Source of the DNA: Lysobacteraceae bacterium
GTDB lineage: Bacteria > Bdellovibrionota > UBA1018 > JAGTJX01
Length of the DNA: 32,000 bases
Assembly: GCA_023657465.1 (NCBI GenBank)
Contig: JAGTJX010000002.1
Span: forward strand, 304,136-336,135
Reading direction: 5' to 3'
Shown here: positions 26,533-32,000 of the stretch, in pieces
How positions within the stretch are numbered: the stretch's first letter is position 1
Layout of the letters: every line of letters begins with the position of its first letter
Made by a program: the position numbers and the translations under genes
The notes under the pieces: generated by a model
Told to the model about the DNA's origin: nothing
Databases searched by the model: none
Seen by the model: only the letters and a program-made list of their open reading frames with translations

Positions 26533-28614
26533 ATGGCCAAGTTTCTAGAACGTCTTTCAAAAAATCCTGATTTATTACTAGTAGCAGGACTACTGGGTAT
26601 TCTCACGGTCATGGTGATCCCCATGCCTGCGTTTATTCTCGATATCTTGTTATCGATGGCAATCGCTTCATCGATCATTTTACTTTTAACTTCTGTTTAC
26701 GTGAAGAAAGCTCTCGATTTTTCAAGTTTTCCAACTCTTCTTTTGATTTCCACACTTTTCAGACTTTCACTCAACGTCGCAACGACTCGAGTAATTCTGT
26801 TGAACGGTGGGTCCATGGGTACTTCAGCTGCTGGAGACGTGATCCAGTCCTTCGGAGAATTTGTCGTCGGGGGTAACTACGCTGTCGGTATCGTTGTCTT
26901 CATTATTTTGGTCATCATCAACTTCATCGTTATCACTAAAGGCGCAGGCAGAGTCGCAGAAGTTGCTGCACGTTTTACCTTGGATGCAATGCCAGGTAAA
27001 CAAATGTCTATTGATGCTGATTTGAATGCTGGCGTGATCAATGAAGAAGAAGCGAGAAGACGTCGTTCTGAGATTGCTCGTGAAGCAGATTTCTACGGAG
27101 CCATGGACGGTGCGAGCAAGTTCGTTAGAGGAGATGCGATTGCGGGTATTCTCATCGTCGTCGTCAACATCATTGGCGGAATCATTATTGGAACTCTACA
27201 GCAAGGACTCGATCTCGCAACTGCTGCACAGACGTTCACACTTCTCACTATTGGTGATGGATTGGTCACTCAGATTCCAGCTCTCATCATCTCTACTTCT
27301 GCAGGTATCATTGTCACACGTAACGCGGGTGGAGCTAATTTAGGTAGTGAGATGAGTAAGCAACTCTTCTCCCAATATAAGCCACTCTTTGCAGCTTCTG
27401 GCGTCATGGGTTTCATGGCGATTATTCCAGGACTACCGACTCTTCCCTTCCTGATCATCGCAGGAATGTTAGGCTACACATCTTATAGAATTTATAGCGC
27501 TGAAGAAGCTGTGGCCCTCAAAGCAAAAAAAGATCTCGACAACGAAAAGCTTCGTCCTCAACAAGAGAAAATCGAAAACCTACTTTCCGTGGATTCACTC
27601 GAGCTCGAAGTAGGTTATGGCTTGGTGAATATTGTAGATGCTGAACAAAACGGCGATCTGCTAGAGCGTATTTCTAATATCAGAAAACAGTTCGCTATTG
27701 ATCTTGGGATCATTGTTCCTCCACTCAGAATCAGAGATAATCTGGAATTGAAGCCAGGTGATTACCAGCTCATGCTCAAAGGCATTTCAATTGGTTCTGG
27801 TTCTCTCATGGTTGGACATCTTCTTGCGATGGATCCTGGAAATGTATCTGATCCTGTTCATGGTGTTCCTACTAAGGAACCTGCGTTTGGTTTAGATGCA
27901 ATGTGGATCTCGCCTCGTCAGAAAGACGAAGCGATGGAGAAGGGTTATACTGTCGTCGATCTCTCGACTGTCATTGCAACCCATTTGACTGAACTCATTA
28001 GGAATCATTCAGGTGAGTTACTCGGTCGTCAGGAACTTCAAATTCTTCTCGACAACCTTAAACAGACTGCACCAAAAGTGATTGAAGATCTCATTCCTGT
28101 TGTCCTCTCTGTCAGTGCAGTACTTAAAGTGCTCAAAGGACTTCTTAAAGAAGGTGTATCGATCAGGGATCTAAAGACTGTGCTTGAGACACTCTCAGAA
28201 ATAGCTCCATCAATGAAAGATCCCGCTTTCCTCATAGAACATGTGAGATCTGCTCTGGCTCGAACTATTACTAAGAAGCTTGTGAGTGTGAATGGTGAAC
28301 TGGTTCTTTTGACACTAGACAAAGACATAGAAGAAACCATTGCTTCAGGAATCATCCAGACTGACCAAGGTCAGCAGCTTTCGATTGATCCTGAGTTTGT
28401 GAGAGGATTTATTGGTCAGTTGGCTACACAAGCTCAGCAATTAGCAGCTGAGCACAGTCACGCGATTGTTCTCTGCTCTCCACTCATTCGTAATCATTTA
28501 AAACAACTCGTAGATCGTTTTATCCCGAATATTACGGTGCTGTCTCATAACGAGATCACGCCTAATGTAAATGTAAAATCGTTTGGAACAGTGAGGTTAG
28601 CATATGCAAGTTAA
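26533..28614 (+). CDS. flhA: Flagellar export apparatus protein FlhA
   Basis: It is a 693-aa FHIPEP-family protein with RFTLDAMPGKQMSIDADLNAG and FYGAMDGASKFVRGDAIAG, plus a large C-terminal cytoplasmic domain. Confidence 0.96.
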   Translation: MAKFLERLSKNPDLLLVAGLLGILTVMVIPMPAFILDILLSMAIASSIILLLTSVYVKKALDFSSFPTLLLISTLFRLSLNVATTRVILLNGGSMGTSAAGDVIQSFGEFVVGGNYAVGIVVFIILVIINFIVITKGAGRVAEVAARFTLDAMPGKQMSIDADLNAGVINEEEARRRRSEIAREADFYGAMDGASKFVRGDAIAGILIVVVNIIGGIIIGTLQQGLDLATAAQTFTLLTIGDGLVTQIPALIISTSAGIIVTRNAGGANLGSEMSKQLFSQYKPLFAASGVMGFMAIIPGLPTLPFLIIAGMLGYTSYRIYSAEEAVALKAKKDLDNEKLRPQQEKIENLLSVDSLELEVGYGLVNIVDAEQNGDLLERISNIRKQFAIDLGIIVPPLRIRDNLELKPGDYQLMLKGISIGSGSLMVGHLLAMDPGNVSDPVHGVPTKEPAFGLDAMWISPRQKDEAMEKGYTVVDLSTVIATHLTELIRNHSGELLGRQELQILLDNLKQTAPKVIEDLIPVVLSVSAVLKVLKGLLKEGVSIRDLKTVLETLSEIAPSMKDPAFLIEHVRSALARTITKKLVSVNGELVLLTLDKDIEETIASGIIQTDQGQQLSIDPEFVRGFIGQLATQAQQLAAEHSHAIVLCSPLIRNHLKQLVDRFIPNITVLSHNEITPNVNVKSFGTVRLAYAS

Positions 28615-29989
28615 GAAGTTCGAAGCACCAACTATGCAAGAAGCACTTGATACCATCAAGAGAGAATTAGGTCCTGAAGCTGTGATTCTTCAAACCAAAC
28701 GAAACAAAGGTGGTTTCGGTCTGCTGGGAAAAGTTTCAGTAGAAGTGACTGCTGCTGTCGCAGATCACGCTCTTGCTAAGAAGGCTAATACTGAGCGAAG
28801 ACTACCTGCTGCGACCAGTGAGCAAGTGAAGAACATGTCTGCTAAGAATCAGAAGAATTTTTATAATGAATTTAATGATTCAAGAATTGATAAAATCGCA
28901 GCACAGACTGCTGATAAAGTTTCATTGAGCCAAAGCAAACTCACTGCAACACGTTACGCAGAGATAGATCCTGTACCCATGGCAGCGGCTCCTGCACCGA
29001 AATTACCGATCGTAGCTCCCACTCGTCAGCCAGCAGTTGAACAGCTTCAGCAAAACTCACAATTCACTCAAGAGCTCGATGATCTCAAGCAAGTCGTTGC
29101 AGAGATGAAGAATAGTGCAAATACTCAGTCACAGACTCAGCGTTCTGAGACTTTGGGAACAGATCTTACTCCAGCAGTTTCAGATGCATTTGATTTCCTC
29201 ATTCTCAGTGGTGTAGATCGCAGACTAGCATATGGAATCATTAAGAATGCTTCATTCCAACTCGATGCTGCTAGTAAGCACGACCGCGATGCTGTGCTTG
29301 ATCAAGTAGCGCAAGAGCTCATGCAATCGATTGAAGTAATGGACTGCCTTGAGGGGGTCACTAAGCGCGCTGATCGTGGTGATAACGCCACTCCAGTCGT
29401 CATGGCATTCGTAGGTAGCAGTGGAGTAGGTAAGACTTCTGCTCTCACTAAGATTGCTTCAATTGCACAGAACTCAAAGAATCTGAAAGTAGGTCTCATC
29501 GATTACAAGACTCCCGATACACACAGAAACGTGATCTTCGATGAACTTCTAGAAACGTATTCAAAAATTCTAAAAACACCTTACCGTAAAGTCATTTCAA
29601 AAAAAGAAATTCAAATGGCACTGGCAGAACTTGCCGGTCTCGATCTGATTTTAATTGATACAGCTGCGATTGGACTTAAGGACTCTGCTCAGATTGCCGA
29701 AATTGAATCAGCTCTTCACAAGATTGTGAACGTGAGGATTCAGTTGGTTCTCTCCGCATCTACATCGGATGCAGAAAATTTTGAATTAACTAGAAGAGCA
29801 AAAGATATCAGTCCTGAGGGGCTTATCTTTACGAAGCTCGACGACGCAGTGAAGTTTGGCACGATTTATAATGTGTCAGAGAGGTTTAAGTTGCCGTTAC
29901 AGTATTTCAGTACGGGCGCAAAATTTCCTGATGACATCGAAACCGCTACTCCTGAGCGAGTAGTAGCAAAAATTATGGGATTAATCTGA
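28604..29989 (+). CDS. flhF: Flagellar placement SRP-type GTPase FlhF with a divergent G-domain
   Basis: The N-terminal B-domain is MQVKKFEAPTMQEALDTIKRELGPEAVILQT. The P-loop is GSSGVGKTS and G4 is TKLDD, but the G3 motif reads DTAAIG (29657-29674) instead of DTAGR. It overlaps flhA by 11 nt. Confidence 0.88.
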   Translation: MQVKKFEAPTMQEALDTIKRELGPEAVILQTKRNKGGFGLLGKVSVEVTAAVADHALAKKANTERRLPAATSEQVKNMSAKNQKNFYNEFNDSRIDKIAAQTADKVSLSQSKLTATRYAEIDPVPMAAAPAPKLPIVAPTRQPAVEQLQQNSQFTQELDDLKQVVAEMKNSANTQSQTQRSETLGTDLTPAVSDAFDFLILSGVDRRLAYGIIKNASFQLDAASKHDRDAVLDQVAQELMQSIEVMDCLEGVTKRADRGDNATPVVMAFVGSSGVGKTSALTKIASIAQNSKNLKVGLIDYKTPDTHRNVIFDELLETYSKILKTPYRKVISKKEIQMALAELAGLDLILIDTAAIGLKDSAQIAEIESALHKIVNVRIQLVLSASTSDAENFELTRRAKDISPEGLIFTKLDDAVKFGTIYNVSERFKLPLQYFSTGAKFPDDIETATPERVVAKIMGLI

Positions 29990-30006
29990 AAACAACGGGG
30001 TGAGAT

Positions 30007-31053
30007 ATGGCAGCTAATTCAGGTCTACAGACATACAAAAAAGCAGTAAACCAAAAGAAGACGTCTACGAAGTCGAGGCGTGAATCTGTTGAGGCGAAGG
30101 TAGAGATTTCGGAAGAAATCAAAAAACTATCTAAGAAAGCCAAATCGAGCAAAATCGAATCCACTCAAGCCGTAGCACCAGTCGCTGAGTCTGAAATAGA
30201 AGCACCTGTTCCAGCGGCGCTTCAGGTGAACGAAGAAGAGATTCTGATTAAGGAGATCGCTCTAGAAGTAGAGAAGGATGCAAAACAGACTTCTACTCTT
30301 GTCAAAGCTGATTTTACTCCAGTGAACATGTCACGAGAGCGGCTCATTGTGGAGTACGCGCCACTCATTAAGTTCATCGCACAGAAAATCGCTGCTCGTC
30401 TTCCAGCTAACGTTGAACTAGACGATCTCATGAGTTCAGGCGTCATCGGTCTTATGGACGCAATTGAGAAGTACGATTCTTCTCGTGATAATAAGTTTAA
30501 AACATACGCAGAGTTTCGTATCCGTGGAGCAATCCTAGACGAACTCCGTGCACAGGACTGGGTTCCTAGGTCCGTACGTGAGAAGGCTAAGCAGCTCGAG
30601 CGTATCTACACTCGTATTGAGCAACAGAAGGGTAGACAGGCGACTGATGATGAAGTCTGTATGGAGTTAGGCGTCTCGCAGACAGAGTTCCATGAGCTTC
30701 TCAGTGAAGTCAGAGGGATCTCGCTCCTCTCGTTCGATGATATTTCGAATCTCTCTAAGACCGACAAGAAGTCACTCCATGGTTATGGTGATAGCTCTAA
30801 GATTGCGACACCGTTTAATGAAGTGAGCCATGCTTATCTGAAGAATCTGATTGCAGAAGCCATTGGTGATCTTCCTGAGAAGCAGCGACTCGTACTTTCA
30901 CTCTATTACTATGAGGATCTAAATCTGAAGGAGATCGGAAGAGTACTCGATGTGACTGAATCACGTGTGTCTCAGCTTCACACTCAAGCAGTATTGAAGC
31001 TCAAAGCTCGCCTCAAGAATCATTGGGATGAGTTTACTGCGCTCATGATCTAA
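30007..31053 (+). CDS. fliA: Flagellar sigma factor FliA (sigma-28 family) with an N-terminal extension of about 107 aa
   Basis: Regions 2-4 of a FliA/WhiG-type sigma factor start near residue 108 (ERLIVEYAPLIKFIAQKIA...YAEFRIRGAILDELR...LNLKEIGRVLDVTESRVSQLH). The ATG at 30007 is the first codon after an in-frame TGA and follows a GGGGTGAG RBS. The internal ATG at 30328 has no RBS. Confidence 0.88.
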   Translation: MAANSGLQTYKKAVNQKKTSTKSRRESVEAKVEISEEIKKLSKKAKSSKIESTQAVAPVAESEIEAPVPAALQVNEEEILIKEIALEVEKDAKQTSTLVKADFTPVNMSRERLIVEYAPLIKFIAQKIAARLPANVELDDLMSSGVIGLMDAIEKYDSSRDNKFKTYAEFRIRGAILDELRAQDWVPRSVREKAKQLERIYTRIEQQKGRQATDDEVCMELGVSQTEFHELLSEVRGISLLSFDDISNLSKTDKKSLHGYGDSSKIATPFNEVSHAYLKNLIAEAIGDLPEKQRLVLSLYYYEDLNLKEIGRVLDVTESRVSQLHTQAVLKLKARLKNHWDEFTALMI

Positions 31054-31059
31054 GTCTGT

Positions 31060-32000
31060 TTACTTCAAGCCATTCTTCTTGAAGAACGCATCAGTAGTGA
31101 AGTTACGACCACGCCATGACTTGTACATGATGTTTGCATCGAGTGAACCACCACGACTGAGTATCTTATCCCTGAGCTTATGAGATCGCGCCTTCAGAGT
31201 CTTAGAAGACTCATTCCAATAATAGAATCCATCTGCTTCAATCGTCTCAGACCAGAGATAGCTATAATATCCAGCAGAGTAACCCCCATTGAAGAGGTGA
31301 CTGAACCTGGGTGAGAGTAAGGTGAATGGATATTCAGGGAAGAGCGAGTACGCGCCTCGGGTTCGCTTCTCAAACGAGAGTAGATCCTCACCAGGCTTAA
31401 TTCCTGCTGAGTGCATGATGAGATCCATGTAAGCAAACGAAGCTGTACGCATGTAGACCATGGCTTTTTGGAAGTCTTGTTTCTTCTTAATCTTTCCAAG
31501 CCATTCAGCTGGAATGACTTTTCCTGATTCAATGTGCTTGGAAGCAAGTTCTAAATATCTAAGTTCTGAGAGCCAGTTCTCCATCACAGTAGAAGGGAAT
31601 TCTACGAAGTCCCAGGGAACATTGAATCCACCCAGATTGCGGTATTCTACATCAGAGAAGAGCGCATGCATCGCATGACCCATTTCGTGGAGGATGGTTT
31701 CTACTTCTGAGACTTTGAGCAGTGTAGAGGTATTGCCATGAGGTGGATCGAAGTTGAAGTGCACTGACGCTATCGGACGTCTCATTCCATCTGAGAATTT
31801 ACCTTGTTCTGTGACGTTGTTAGCCCATGCTCCTGAGTGCTTGATCTCTCTAGTGAATGGATCAACGAAGAGTACGCCGATTTCCTTACCGAGTTTCAGA
31901 TCTTTCACGTGAAACGCTTTCACATCAGGATGATAGCCCTTGATCTTAGGATCTTCAGTGAATTGGACATTGTAGAGCTCACCGATGAAATCAAGCGTGG
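31060..32000 (-). CDS. M3-family zinc metallopeptidase (oligopeptidase A / peptidyl-dipeptidase Dcp-like), C-terminal part with the 5' end outside the window
   Basis: The HEXXH zinc site is present (HEMGHAMH), along with downstream M3 motifs (EFPSTVMENW, FNGGYSAGYYSYLW). The frame stays open to the window edge, so the track start at 31923 is an internal GTG. Confidence 0.88.
   Translation of the reverse strand, partial: TLDFIGELYNVQFTEDPKIKGYHPDVKAFHVKDLKLGKEIGVLFVDPFTREIKHSGAWANNVTEQGKFSDGMRRPIASVHFNFDPPHGNTSTLLKVSEVETILHEMGHAMHALFSDVEYRNLGGFNVPWDFVEFPSTVMENWLSELRYLELASKHIESGKVIPAEWLGKIKKKQDFQKAMVYMRTASFAYMDLIMHSAGIKPGEDLLSFEKRTRGAYSLFPEYPFTLLSPRFSHLFNGGYSAGYYSYLWSETIEADGFYYWNESSKTLKARSHKLRDKILSRGGSLDANIMYKSWRGRNFTTDAFFKKNGLK

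Noticed and set aside
1-32000. A search by eye for CRISPR arrays, IS or transposon ends, integrases, toxin-antitoxin or defence genes, tRNA/rRNA, and long repeats
   Set aside because: I did not notice any. Every ORF over 120 aa that is not antisense to a better gene has a housekeeping or flagellar assignment. This was an unaided read, so short or diverged repeats could have been missed.

Overview
The window is dominated by one co-directional plus-strand gene string of about 26 kb (5027-31053). It holds a near-complete flagellar basal-body, hook and type III export superoperon: flgB-flgC-fliE-fliF-fliG-fliH-fliI-fliJ, a YlxF/MotE-like gene, fliK-flgD, a small 'flagellar operon protein', then flgE-fliL-fliM-fliN-fliO-fliP-fliQ-fliR-flhB-flhA-flhF-fliA. 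Two genes precede it on the same strand: an 862-aa TPR protein, probably secreted, and a 321-aa sigma-54 enhancer-binding protein (EBP) that has no regulatory domain. Many junctions overlap (ATGA-type or 11-nt overlaps), which suggests translational coupling.

The flanks are housekeeping genes:
- A 5'-truncated acetyl-CoA synthetase on the plus strand.
- A minus-strand lipoprotein-mlaE-mlaF-mlaD-like operon, which implies a diderm host.
- The 3' part of an M3 zinc oligopeptidase on the minus strand, cut by the window edge.

I did not notice any rRNA, tRNA, CRISPR array, transposase/integrase or defence-type gene, but this was an unaided read. GC is roughly mid-40s percent by eye. The taxon cannot be assigned from sequence alone. 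The gene order resembles the Bacillus fla/che and spirochaete flgB superoperons, but in a Mla-encoding organism.

This is largely an ordinary, conserved locus, and I found no clear novel multi-gene system. The points most worth follow-up are:
1. A textbook sigma-54 -24/-12 promoter (4980-4995), with an upstream palindrome and three A8 tracts, in front of the TPR-EBP-flagellar string. This could form an autoregulatory circuit.
2. The domain-minimal EBP, whose start overlaps the end of the TPR gene.
3. No flhG in its usual slot, together with an FlhF whose DTAG(R) GTPase motif reads DTAAI.
4. A FliA sigma factor with an N-terminal extension of about 107 aa that fills the flhG slot.
5. A 344-aa FliO with a signal peptide and an extra N-terminal, AMIN-like periplasmic domain.
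6. flgE as the only gene in the string that is bracketed by sizeable non-coding spacers, each 145 nt.

All functional calls rest on motif recognition by eye. No searches were run.
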